64,000 bases of DNA from Patescibacteria group bacterium (GTDB taxonomy: Bacteria > Patescibacteriota > Microgenomatia > CAYGWK01): NCBI GenBank assembly GCA_049322615.1, contig JBMORX010000009.1, positions 130,321 to 194,320 on the forward strand, in the 5' to 3' direction. The translations under genes were made by a program, and so were the position numbers. Below, piece by piece: positions 47,300 to 56,339 of the stretch (positions are counted from its first letter, which is position 1; every line of letters begins with the position of its first letter). The notes beneath the pieces were generated by a model. The model ran no database searches, was not told the origin of the DNA, and saw only the letters and a program-made list of their open reading frames with translations.

Positions 47300-48394
47300 T
47301 TACTTCTTTTTTACCCTCTGTTTTGAGATATTAAGTAAAATTCCTATTCCTGAAAGAGCAACAACCAAAGATGAACCGCCGTAAGAAATAAAAGGTAAAG
47401 GGACGCCGGTTAAAGGGACTAAAGCCACCTGACTAGCTAGATTAACCAACGTCTGGACTCCAATCCAAGAAGTAATGCCTACGGCTAAAAGTTGACCAAA
47501 TCGATCTGGGGCTTCTTGGGAAATTTTTAAGCCCTTAAAAACTATCACCAAAAAAACAATAAGCAGAACTATTGCCCCAATAAACCCTAACTCCTCGGCA
47601 ATTATGGCAAAGATTGAGTCAGTCATTGCCTCGGGTAAATATTCGTATTTTTGCCTCGAAGCTCCCAAACCTAAACCCCAAAGTCCTCCTGCTCCCAAAG
47701 CTAAAAGAACTTGTCTGATGTGATAGCTTGCCCCTAAAGGATCACGACTAATATCTAAAAAGGTCAAAAATCGCTCTTTTCGATAATTTGAACTAAAAAT
47801 AAGAGAAAGCCCGGTTAAAATACCCAAAACCGCCATAAGGACAAGAGAGAAAAGAGGGGCGCCTGAGACAAAATAAAGAGAAAGACCAGAGGCAACCAAG
47901 ACGACGGTCGTACCTAAATCTGGCTCAAGCATTATCAAAATCGAAAGTATTCCTAGGGAAACTAAAAATGGGAGAAATTTTGGCTTTTTGGCAAAAAGGA
48001 AGGAAAGATATAAAACAAAGGTCAGTTTAGTTAGTTCTGCTGGCTGAAAGCTAAAACCAGCAAAAGTCAACCATCTTCTTGCTCCAAGAACCTTTACTCC
48101 CAAACCAGGAATAAGGACTAAAACTAAGGCAATAAAAGTCATAAACATAAGAATTGGCGCTAATTTTTCAAGTCTCCGATAGTCAAATTTTGAAGCGGCA
48201 AATAAAGCGCCCAACCCTAAAATCGCCCAAAAAATTTGTTGGCGAATATAAAAATACTTATCCCCAAAATCCCGAAAAGCCGTCACTACCGAGGCATCAT
48301 AAACCATCAAAATCCCAAAAAGAGTTAAACCGACGACAAGAAAGACTAGTAGCCGATCAATTTTTTGAGTTTGAGACTTAAGGGCAACCATCAC
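47300..48394 (-). CDS. ftsW: SEDS-family lipid II flippase/polymerase FtsW
   Basis: 10-TM SEDS protein inside the dcw cluster, upstream of murG. Confidence 0.8.
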   Translation of the reverse strand: MMVALKSQTQKIDRLLVFLVVGLTLFGILMVYDASVVTAFRDFGDKYFYIRQQIFWAILGLGALFAASKFDYRRLEKLAPILMFMTFIALVLVLIPGLGVKVLGARRWLTFAGFSFQPAELTKLTFVLYLSFLFAKKPKFLPFLVSLGILSILIMLEPDLGTTVVLVASGLSLYFVSGAPLFSLVLMAVLGILTGLSLIFSSNYRKERFLTFLDISRDPLGASYHIRQVLLALGAGGLWGLGLGASRQKYEYLPEAMTDSIFAIIAEELGFIGAIVLLIVFLVIVFKGLKISQEAPDRFGQLLAVGITSWIGVQTLVNLASQVALVPLTGVPLPFISYGGSSLVVALSGIGILLNISKQRVKKK

Positions 48395-48395
48395 T

Positions 48396-49742
48396 CTAAA
48401 GGATTAATTCTCTCTTTACCTCCAAAAGGGCTTTCTTTGGGAAACTTTTAATCTGTCCTTCCTCATCTAAAATCTCCTCAAGGGAGTTTAGTCTGGCAAT
48501 TTCATTTTCAGGAGTAATAATTCTCCCACCACTTGCAGCCAGGATGAAGAACTCTCGCCTTTCGGAGATGTCCTCAAGACTATATCCCTCTCTTAAATAA
48601 GTTAAGTGCTCTCTTTTGTAAGAATAAATACCAGGGGGAAATTCACCTGTCACCCTCACCGAAGCCGTTGTATTATTTCTCATAATCAATTCTCCCCCAA
48701 TCATTTCTTTAACTTTTCTGGAGTCATCTTGCGGATAAGCCTTTTTTAAATACTCAAGAATATGATAAAGTAAAAGCGGTGTTTGGCCTGCCTTAAGCTC
48801 CATTTTGGTGTAAAGCGGAACAGAAGCGGTAAGCCTAGCATTGTTCTCGGAAATATAAACTTTATCGGTCTTATCTTCTACTAGAAAATCTAAACCAAAA
48901 AAACCTTTATATCCTAAATCTCTCATCTTCTCTCCGATTATTTGAGAATACTCTTCTATCTTATCCCTTATCTTTTCCTTTAACCTAGCTGGCCATTGCC
49001 TGCCACAAGTTCCCCCAGGGTTTTGGGTGAATTCTTCTAGGGCGGTAATCTGAAGCGCCGGCGGAGAGATAAAGATTTTTTTTCCTGTTACACAGGCATT
49101 ATTTAAAACCGTTCTTCCTTTAATGAAACAAGTTATTCGAACTTCTCTTTCCGGAAATTTAGCTTGCAAATGAACAAAATCGCTCTTGTTCTTAACAAAA
49201 TAAGTGGTGTTTCCAGCCCAACCATGACCAAATTGAATGACCAGTTTCTGGCCGAAGCGGAGGCTTAAATCTTGATAATGACACCTTTTTAAAATTTTTA
49301 TCTCTCCCGGCGGATGGGAGATATTTAAGGATTGACAAAGTCGATAAAAAGAAACCTTATCCTCAAATTGCTGATTAAGCTCGGGGCTGGCGCCTAAAGC
49401 CCGCCAACCTTTTCTTTGACAAATCGCCTCAATTTTCTTTGAAGGTTTAAAAAATAAAATATTTGGTTTCAGATTTCGAGCATTTTTAGCAATGTATTCT
49501 TGAACAAGTGGATGGGCCAAAATCATTCCTGTATTGCGCAAAACGGTGTTTTCTTTCCCAATTTTTGCTTCTAGAGAGAAAACTCTCACTCCTTTGGCAA
49601 TCAACAAATCAACTAGCGGGCTATTATCCAAACAAATAATATGGTAAAAAGAGAGGACTTTCTCAAGTCCCACTGCCCGGGCAGGATCGGGAGTAACATA
49701 AAAAATAGGTTCCTTGATTTTTGAGAACAAATCGTCTTTCAT
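48396..49742 (-). CDS. ATP-grasp family ligase (LysX/RimK-like C-terminal domain), at the canonical murD position
   Basis: GFFGLDFLVEDKTDKVYISENNARLT is the ATP-grasp C-terminal Mg/ATP-binding pattern. 448 aa with a ~150-aa N-terminal extension. Confidence 0.55.
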   Translation of the reverse strand: MKDDLFSKIKEPIFYVTPDPARAVGLEKVLSFYHIICLDNSPLVDLLIAKGVRVFSLEAKIGKENTVLRNTGMILAHPLVQEYIAKNARNLKPNILFFKPSKKIEAICQRKGWRALGASPELNQQFEDKVSFYRLCQSLNISHPPGEIKILKRCHYQDLSLRFGQKLVIQFGHGWAGNTTYFVKNKSDFVHLQAKFPEREVRITCFIKGRTVLNNACVTGKKIFISPPALQITALEEFTQNPGGTCGRQWPARLKEKIRDKIEEYSQIIGEKMRDLGYKGFFGLDFLVEDKTDKVYISENNARLTASVPLYTKMELKAGQTPLLLYHILEYLKKAYPQDDSRKVKEMIGGELIMRNNTTASVRVTGEFPPGIYSYKREHLTYLREGYSLEDISERREFFILAASGGRIITPENEIARLNSLEEILDEEGQIKSFPKKALLEVKRELIL

Positions 49743-50674
49743 TTTAAATATTTTTTACCGGTTAGAAGACAAATTATTTTATCACCCAGGTTATCTTGGA
49801 TTTTTTTTGCCTTCCAAATAGCCGCTAAAGTCGCCCCCCCCTCAGCTGAAGTAGAAATTCCTAATTTAGCCAGTTCTCTTAAGGCTTTCTTAATCTCCTC
49901 ATCAGAAATAACCCAACCAAATCCTTCAGATTCTTTAATAAGATTCAAAATCTGTTCTTTCCTTGGAGTCACCTTGGCGACCAAGGCGTCAGCCAGACTG
50001 GTTTTTTTAGCCTGATAATCTTTATCAAAAATACGAGCAATCGGACAAACAGCCGCTGTTTGGACAACATGAAATTGAGGAAAATAACCTAAAATTTTAT
50101 AACCTTCGCCTATTCCAGCCAGAGCGGTCCCGCTTGAGACAGGAATAAAGATGCTGTCTACTTTTCCCAAATTTTGCTGGATTTCAAAAGCCAAAGACTT
50201 ATAACCTTCGCTTCCGACTTCCTGAATCGAAGGTCTTAAATTCAAAAAACCTTTCTCTAGAGAAAAGCGGGTCGCCTCACTCACCGGCCGCCGGCTAAAA
50301 AAAATCTCAGCCTTTTGTTCTTTAAGCTTTTTCAGCTTATCTTGCTTAATTTTAGGTGAGACAAAGGTATGAAGTTTAATCTTTGCCAGCTGACAATAGG
50401 CGGCGGCTGAAATGGCAGCATTACCGGAAGATGAAATCACCAAATTCTTTCTCCCTTCCCCAAAAGCCCTAGAGATTTGATAAGCCATACCTCGGTCTTT
50501 AATCGAGCCTGTTGGATTTTGGTCTTCTCTTTTGAAAATTATTTTCCCAACCTGAATTTCGGCGGTATCTCCTTCTTTAAGGCTTAACCAAAATTTCTTT
50601 GAGAGTTTCGGATAGTAAAAATGGTATTTCCAGATACCGGGCAAACTTTTCTCCACTTGCAAGATACTTGACAT
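49739..50674 (-). CDS. PLP-dependent beta-family enzyme, threonine-synthase-like
   Basis: NPTGSIKDRG (Lys-PLP motif), ISSSGNAA and the C-terminal EGGATLAA pattern; 311 aa. Confidence 0.65.
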   Translation of the reverse strand: MSSILQVEKSLPGIWKYHFYYPKLSKKFWLSLKEGDTAEIQVGKIIFKREDQNPTGSIKDRGMAYQISRAFGEGRKNLVISSSGNAAISAAAYCQLAKIKLHTFVSPKIKQDKLKKLKEQKAEIFFSRRPVSEATRFSLEKGFLNLRPSIQEVGSEGYKSLAFEIQQNLGKVDSIFIPVSSGTALAGIGEGYKILGYFPQFHVVQTAAVCPIARIFDKDYQAKKTSLADALVAKVTPRKEQILNLIKESEGFGWVISDEEIKKALRELAKLGISTSAEGGATLAAIWKAKKIQDNLGDKIICLLTGKKYLK

Positions 50675-50682
50675 TGATGTTT

Positions 50683-50735
50683 TAATTATATGCAGTGCAT
50701 ATAAAGTGCATATAACTTGCTATGCACATTATACC
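50683..50735. promoter_or_regulatory. divergent promoter with a 15-bp perfect palindrome ATATGCAGTGCATAT and inverted repeat GTGCATA-N8-TATGCAC
   Basis: Read directly. Lies between the PLP-enzyme start (50674, -) and the LysW-like start (50751, +). Confidence 0.5.
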
Positions 50736-50750
50736 AAAGGAGGATGAGCA

Positions 50751-50909
50751 ATGCCCAAAACTGTTCAATGCCCAGATTGCCAAGGGCAAGTTTTAGTCCC
50801 TCAAGATTGCGAGGTAGGAGAGATTTTAGAATGTCCTGGCTGTGGGGCGGAGATGGAAGTAATCAGTCTTGAGCCTCTGGAAGTTTCTCTAATTGAAGAG
50901 GAAAAATAA
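50751..50909 (+). CDS. lysW: LysW/ArgW-type amino-group carrier protein-like zinc-ribbon (52 aa; not in the ORF track)
   Basis: MPKTVQCPDCQGQVLVPQDCEVGEILECPGCGAEMEVISLEPLEVSLIEEEK. It has CPxC...CPGCGAE(M/L)EV(I/V)xL(E/D)PL plus an acidic tail, very close to the LysW consensus. AAAGGAGGA RBS sits 7 nt upstream. It ends ...EEEK, not the canonical C-terminal Glu. Confidence 0.55.
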   Translation: MPKTVQCPDCQGQVLVPQDCEVGEILECPGCGAEMEVISLEPLEVSLIEEEK

Positions 50910-50910
50910 C

Positions 50911-51621
50911 TCAAGTCCAAATCCGCAATCGCCGGATGCCATCGCCTTTCTCTGGCTTGAAAAACTTCTGACCATAATTCTCTCCTTTTTTTGTCCTCTC
51001 CAGCCACTTTTGCGCCTCAAGTCCATAATTTCCATCCTTAATCAAAATTCTGGCTTTATGGACTCCATCCGGTACTGTTCCAGGTGAAGAATGAGCGTAA
51101 ACAATTTCTTTGATCTGACCCTTGCTTCCTCTTTTAATCTCCACAATGACTGCTAGATGCTTCCCCTCCCCAAGCCTGATTAAATCACCAACAGCCAAAT
51201 CCCGCAATTTCTTGATAGGCAAAGAAACTTCATCATTGGTTAACATCATCACGTTCGCCCTGAGCAAAAACTTACCTTTAACCCCGGGAATGTCATCTTC
51301 CAGTCCATTACCACCTTTTTCCTTATCAAGGGTATTAAGAAGTTTAAAAGCTAGTCCTGAACAGTCCAAACCAATTCGATTTTTTTTCATAAAAACCCTG
51401 ATTTGTTGGCTGGTCAACTTCGCCAAATTAATCTTCTTCTTCGCTCCCACCTCCAAAGTTGCCCTAACTAATTCTTGGGGACTACCTTTACCTCCATAAG
51501 GACCCCAAATCTTCTTTTTTATCTTGTCCATCCAGTAAGGACATTTCACTTGCTTTTTGAATATGGGCAGATGGGTATACTGAAAAAGGAGTTTATCTAT
51601 CGCTTTTGAGGAAGTAATCAT
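50911..51621 (-). CDS. NlpC/P60 (C40) family peptidase-like protein
   Basis: GLDCSGLAFKLL is the catalytic-Cys motif. Start set at the ATG overlapping the mraY stop (ATGA). Confidence 0.55.
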   Translation of the reverse strand: MITSSKAIDKLLFQYTHLPIFKKQVKCPYWMDKIKKKIWGPYGGKGSPQELVRATLEVGAKKKINLAKLTSQQIRVFMKKNRIGLDCSGLAFKLLNTLDKEKGGNGLEDDIPGVKGKFLLRANVMMLTNDEVSLPIKKLRDLAVGDLIRLGEGKHLAVIVEIKRGSKGQIKEIVYAHSSPGTVPDGVHKARILIKDGNYGLEAQKWLERTKKGENYGQKFFKPEKGDGIRRLRIWT

Positions 51622-52649
51622 ATTACTGCCAGCCAGAGCCCAAAAATAGCCAACATTATCCCTGCCAACCAAGCTCGCATGACAATTTTTGGCTCTTCCC
51701 AACCGCGCTCCTGAAGCCAAAGATGAAAAGGAGCCACCTTAAATATCTTTCTGCCCAATAAACGTTTAGCGATAATTTGCAAAAGGCTTGAGGAAATCTC
51801 CACCACAAAAAGACCTCCAATGACAACCAAAGCCATAATTTTTCCAATTAAAAGCCCAACGACCGCAAGCGTTGCTCCAAAAGAAAGTGCCCCCACATCG
51901 CCCAAAAAAATTCTCGCCGGATAGACATTAAAGTATAAAAAGGCGATAAGAGCACCGATCCAGAAGGAAAGGAAAATCGAAAGGACCGTATCTAAGTTAG
52001 TATGGGAAAGAATCCAAAAGGCGAAAAGAGAAATAAGAAGAAGACCTGAAGCAAGTCCGTCTAAACCATCGGTAATATTTAGGGCGTTGGTAAAAGCCAC
52101 AATAATAAAAGCAGCCAGGGGGACATAAAAAATGCCAAGGTCAAAAACTCCAAAAAAGGGAACATTGACAAAATCAATCTTTAAATTTTGAAAAAGCAAA
52201 GCGGCAATGATGAAAGCCAAAATCCACTGAATAAGAAATTTCCAGCGCAGTCGCAAGCCAAAAATTCCCTTACTCGCCAAACCAAAAAATTTCATTAAAT
52301 CATCATAGAGACCTAAAAGACCAAAGGAGATAAAGGTAAAAAAGAGGATATTCAATTCGTCTTTGATCGGATAAAAAGCGGTGATGTAAACCCCAAGATA
52401 TGAAATTAAAGGAAAAAGAAGAACATAAAGGAGGGAGACAACAGCGATGATTAAAAACCCGCCGCCAACCGGAGTCCCGGCTTTTTCCCGATGAAATTTG
52501 TCAAAAATGGGCGTCCTTAAACCGAGAAAATCTCGAGTTCTCTGATCTCTTCGCTGAAACTTAATCCTATATAAAAAATTAATAAAGGGGACAATTAAGA
52601 TACTGGTGATGATGAAAGTAAAAATTAAAAGTCCTAAGAAAAGTGCCAT
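51618..52649 (-). CDS. mraY: phospho-MurNAc-pentapeptide translocase MraY
   Basis: 10-TM protein with conserved Asp-rich loops. Start moved to MALFLGLL to remove the overlap with murF. Confidence 0.9.
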   Translation of the reverse strand: MALFLGLLIFTFIITSILIVPFINFLYRIKFQRRDQRTRDFLGLRTPIFDKFHREKAGTPVGGGFLIIAVVSLLYVLLFPLISYLGVYITAFYPIKDELNILFFTFISFGLLGLYDDLMKFFGLASKGIFGLRLRWKFLIQWILAFIIAALLFQNLKIDFVNVPFFGVFDLGIFYVPLAAFIIVAFTNALNITDGLDGLASGLLLISLFAFWILSHTNLDTVLSIFLSFWIGALIAFLYFNVYPARIFLGDVGALSFGATLAVVGLLIGKIMALVVIGGLFVVEISSSLLQIIAKRLLGRKIFKVAPFHLWLQERGWEEPKIVMRAWLAGIMLAIFGLWLAVI

Positions 52650-52656
52650 GTTTTGA

Positions 52657-53898
52657 TTATATCTCCTTTCCCAATTTCGGACAACTAAGGCAGGATTGAT
52701 AAAAATGACAAGAGGAGAGTTTGCAATTGACGGGTTTTCCCTCAAGGATTAAAATTATCCGCTCAAGGTGGCGAAGAAGCGAGCCTTTAAGGTATATAAG
52801 ATCTCCTTTCTTAAGAATTTTTTTCAAAAGATCTCCTGCCTCACAAACGTCTTTAACCCAGACGACATTTTTTTTCTTCATTCCGCTTTTTTCTGCCTCC
52901 TGGGCAACCAGTCTTTGTAATGGACCAACCAAGACTAAAAAATCAATTTTAAACTTTGCTAAAATTCTCCCTATTTTTCGATGCTCTTCTTCTGCATATT
53001 CCCCCAACTCTCCCATTTCCCCCAAGACTGCCACCCTTTTCCCTTTCGTAGGCAAAAGGGATAAGGTCTCAAGCCCAGAAATAGTTGAAACCGGATTTGC
53101 CCGAAGATGATCATTTAAAAAAATTGTTCCCAATGGTCCTTTCTCAAGGCTCAACCGACCAGAAAGAGGTTCAAGTTTGGAAAGCCCGGAAATTATCTCT
53201 TTTAGGCTCAACCCCTTAATCAAGCCGATTGCTGTTGCCGCTAAGGCGGCGTGGGTAAAATGTTTACCAATAAGAGGAATTTTAACCCTAACAGTTTGCT
53301 GACCTGCCTTGTGAAGCAAAAACGAGGTACCAGAAAAATCAACTTTTATCTTATCCGCCCAAAAATCACAATTTTTGCTCTTCCCATACCAGAGAATTTC
53401 TGCTTTTGTTTTCTTTGCCATTTTTCTGACATTTTCATCATCATAATTTAGGATCGCCCAACCATCCTTTGGTAAGGCAGCTAAAAGTTTCCCCTTTCCC
53501 TCGATAATTCCCTCAAGCGAACCCAAAAGTTCTGGCTCTGAATGAACGGGCGTAATCCCTGTCACCACCCCGATTGAAGGTTTAACTAACCTTAGATAAG
53601 AATCCATTTCGCCCTTATGGTCAACCCCCATCTCCAAAACCAAAGCTTTATGCCAAGGTCGAAGTTTGAGAATTGTGATTGGGAGATTATAAACAGTGTC
53701 TAAATTAAGATCTGTTTGAAGAACGGGATATCTTCCCGATAAAACTTGAGCAATCGCTCGGGTGGTATTCGTCTTACCGTAGCTGCCAGTAATACCAATA
53801 ATCGTGACTTGAGGATAAAGTTTAAGCCAAGTTTTGGCTAAAAGTCTTCTCAAGTTATGAAACGGCTGTTTCCATCCTCGATTTACCATCCTTTCCAT
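52657..53898 (-). CDS. murF: UDP-MurNAc-tripeptide:D-Ala-D-Ala ligase MurF (lacks N-terminal domain; Cys-rich C-terminal tail)
   Basis: ITGSYGKTNT (P-loop), LEMGVDHKGEM, VVTGITPVHSE and LNDHLRANPVS (the DDSYNANP-type MurF hallmark). Confidence 0.8.
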   Translation of the reverse strand: MERMVNRGWKQPFHNLRRLLAKTWLKLYPQVTIIGITGSYGKTNTTRAIAQVLSGRYPVLQTDLNLDTVYNLPITILKLRPWHKALVLEMGVDHKGEMDSYLRLVKPSIGVVTGITPVHSEPELLGSLEGIIEGKGKLLAALPKDGWAILNYDDENVRKMAKKTKAEILWYGKSKNCDFWADKIKVDFSGTSFLLHKAGQQTVRVKIPLIGKHFTHAALAATAIGLIKGLSLKEIISGLSKLEPLSGRLSLEKGPLGTIFLNDHLRANPVSTISGLETLSLLPTKGKRVAVLGEMGELGEYAEEEHRKIGRILAKFKIDFLVLVGPLQRLVAQEAEKSGMKKKNVVWVKDVCEAGDLLKKILKKGDLIYLKGSLLRHLERIILILEGKPVNCKLSSCHFYQSCLSCPKLGKEI

Positions 53899-53988
53899 TC
53901 TACCACAGCTTGGTTGTTACCCAAAGGGCGGTCAAGGTGTCCTACCTAGTCCACCTCTAAGGTGAATTCCTATTGACACCTCTGGTAT

Positions 53989-55026
53989 TTAATGATTTTC
54001 TAAAGCTAGACTGATTATTCTATCTAAAAGCTCTGAATAGGAGATTCCGGCGGCGGAGGCTTCTTTAGGAAATAAAGAAACAGGAGTCAAACCCGGGATC
54101 GTGTTTATCTCCAAAACGAAAGGTTTACCTTGAGAAATAATCATATCTACCCGACCAAAACCGCGACAATCAATCGCTTTAAAAACACGAATGGCTAAAT
54201 CTTGAACTTTTTTGGTCAGCTTTCGGGAAATCCGAGCGGGAACTATCTCATCGCATTTAGTTTCATCGTACTTTGCCTCATAATCAAAAAACTCTTTTTT
54301 GGGAACGATCTCAACTACCGGTAAAGCTTGAGGATTTTCATTTCCTAACACCCCACAGGTTACCTCAGTCCCAGAAAGATATTCCTCAATAATAACTCGT
54401 GGTCCGAAATTGAAAGCCTTTTTTAAAGCCTCATCTAATTCTTCTTTTCTGCGGACAATACTTACACCAACACTTGAACCCTGGGAAGAGGGTTTCACCA
54501 CCAGGGGAGTTTTAAATTTCTTCCAGATTATACTTGAATTCTCTCCTTTTTCGAAAACCAAATATTCTGGTGTAGGAATTCCTCTTTCCTCAATCACCCT
54601 TCTAAACATCGGTTTATCCATTCCCAAGGCTGAAGCCAAAACGCCCGCTCCAGTATAGGGAAGTCCGGCTAGTTCAAGCATCCCCTGAACTGTTCCATCC
54701 TCACCATATGGACCATGCATGGCAATAAAAACCACATCAGGCTTTTTTCCAAACTTAAGCGGAAGATTCCTGCCTTGAGGTAAAAGCGCTTTCCCGCCCC
54801 TAATTCTTCTCTTATGGTCAGTCTTCTCCACCCTTGAAGGGGAATGGAGCAAAATTTCTCTTTGGTCTTTAAGCTGCCATCTTTCTCCATCCCGAGAAAT
54901 CAAAACAGGCAAAATTTCATATTTTTTCTTATCTAAATTTCTAACCACTTCCCTGCCTGTGACGAGTGAGACCTCATGTTTTGGACTCCGACCTCCCATC
55001 AAGACGACGACTTTAATTTTTTTCAT
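53989..55026 (-). CDS. ddl: D-alanine--D-alanine ligase
   Basis: ATP-grasp Ddl N-terminus (KIKVVVLMGGRSPKHEVSL) and C-terminal EINTIPGLT. Confidence 0.9.
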   Translation of the reverse strand: MKKIKVVVLMGGRSPKHEVSLVTGREVVRNLDKKKYEILPVLISRDGERWQLKDQREILLHSPSRVEKTDHKRRIRGGKALLPQGRNLPLKFGKKPDVVFIAMHGPYGEDGTVQGMLELAGLPYTGAGVLASALGMDKPMFRRVIEERGIPTPEYLVFEKGENSSIIWKKFKTPLVVKPSSQGSSVGVSIVRRKEELDEALKKAFNFGPRVIIEEYLSGTEVTCGVLGNENPQALPVVEIVPKKEFFDYEAKYDETKCDEIVPARISRKLTKKVQDLAIRVFKAIDCRGFGRVDMIISQGKPFVLEINTIPGLTPVSLFPKEASAAGISYSELLDRIISLALENH

Positions 55027-56339
55027 TCTCTTTGGATTTTGGCGCCCAGGGTGCGTAGTCTTTCATCAAGATTTTCGTATCCCCTAAAAATATGCTCAAC
55101 TCCCAAAAGCTCTGTCTTCCCTTTGGCAACCAAAGCCGCCAAAATTAAGGTTGCCCCGGCCCTAATATCGCCAATATTAAGCTGACTTGCCCAAAGATTG
55201 GTCGGTCCCAAAATTTTTACCGCGTGGAAATATTCCTGTTTATTATCCTCCCAGTTGAAATTGTAATAATCCTGGGGGCTATCAACTTCGGGATTAAAAA
55301 GTTCAATTTTTGCCCCCATTTTAATTAAATCCGGAACATAGCCAAAACGATTCTCAAAAATAGTCTCATGGACGGTTGAGGTTCCTTGGGCCTGGGTCAT
55401 TAAAACTGTCCAAAGAGCCTGCCAATCGGTCATAAAACCTGGATAAGGAGCGGTAATTACTTGACTTGGGCGGAGCGGATGTTTATAGAAAAATCTGATT
55501 CCCTCCCGACTAACCTCGTACCCTCCTTTTATTTCTTTAATTTTATCCAAAAAGGCGGTCAAAACTTTGGGATTGGCTTTTCGGACAAAAACATCACCTT
55601 TTGTAATTAAGGCAACACAAGCAAAAGTCACGGCTTCGTTACGATCAGGCATGACCTGATGACTTGTTCCTTTAAGTTTTTTAACTCCCTGAATTAAAAT
55701 CCGGCGATTGGGTAATCTTTTGATTTTTGCCCCCATTTGATTAAGAAAGGCAATTAGATCATCAACCTCTGGCTCAAGGGCTGCATTCTCAAGCAAAGTT
55801 GCTCCTTCAGCCAAAACCGAGGCAATAATCATCACATCGGTCCCTCCGTGAGTATTTTTAGGAAAACGGTAAGTCGCTCCCTTAAGTTTGCTGGCTTCAA
55901 TCAAACAATAATCCCCAAAATACTTAAAGTTGGCTCCTAATGCTTTAAAACCTTCAAGGTGCCAGTCAATTGATCGGCGACCGATTTTACAACCTCCTGG
56001 AACAGGGATAATTGCCTTACCGAAACGCGCAAGCAAGGGACCAACAAAGTAGGTTGAAGCCCGGGAAAGCCGACCATGTTTTTCGGATAATTCGAATTTA
56101 TTTAAATTCGCGCCTCTCACTTCAAGGTGATGATTTTTCCTAAAAGTAACCTTACCGCCAAGTTCTTCTATTATTTTTGCCGTGGAGACAACATCACCAA
56201 TCTTTGAGAAATTTCCAATTTTACTTTCTTCTTCCGAAAGCAAACCCGCAATCATTAATTTGAAGCCAGAGTTTTTGGCTCCGGCTAAAGTGACCTCACC
56301 GCAGAGACGATTGCCTCCTTCAATAATGAATTTTTGCAT
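55023..56339 (-). CDS. murA: UDP-GlcNAc 1-carboxyvinyltransferase
   Basis: EPSP-synthase fold, MQKFIIEGGNRLCGEVTLAGAKNS N-terminus, 438 aa. Confidence 0.95.
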   Translation of the reverse strand: MQKFIIEGGNRLCGEVTLAGAKNSGFKLMIAGLLSEEESKIGNFSKIGDVVSTAKIIEELGGKVTFRKNHHLEVRGANLNKFELSEKHGRLSRASTYFVGPLLARFGKAIIPVPGGCKIGRRSIDWHLEGFKALGANFKYFGDYCLIEASKLKGATYRFPKNTHGGTDVMIIASVLAEGATLLENAALEPEVDDLIAFLNQMGAKIKRLPNRRILIQGVKKLKGTSHQVMPDRNEAVTFACVALITKGDVFVRKANPKVLTAFLDKIKEIKGGYEVSREGIRFFYKHPLRPSQVITAPYPGFMTDWQALWTVLMTQAQGTSTVHETIFENRFGYVPDLIKMGAKIELFNPEVDSPQDYYNFNWEDNKQEYFHAVKILGPTNLWASQLNIGDIRAGATLILAALVAKGKTELLGVEHIFRGYENLDERLRTLGAKIQRE

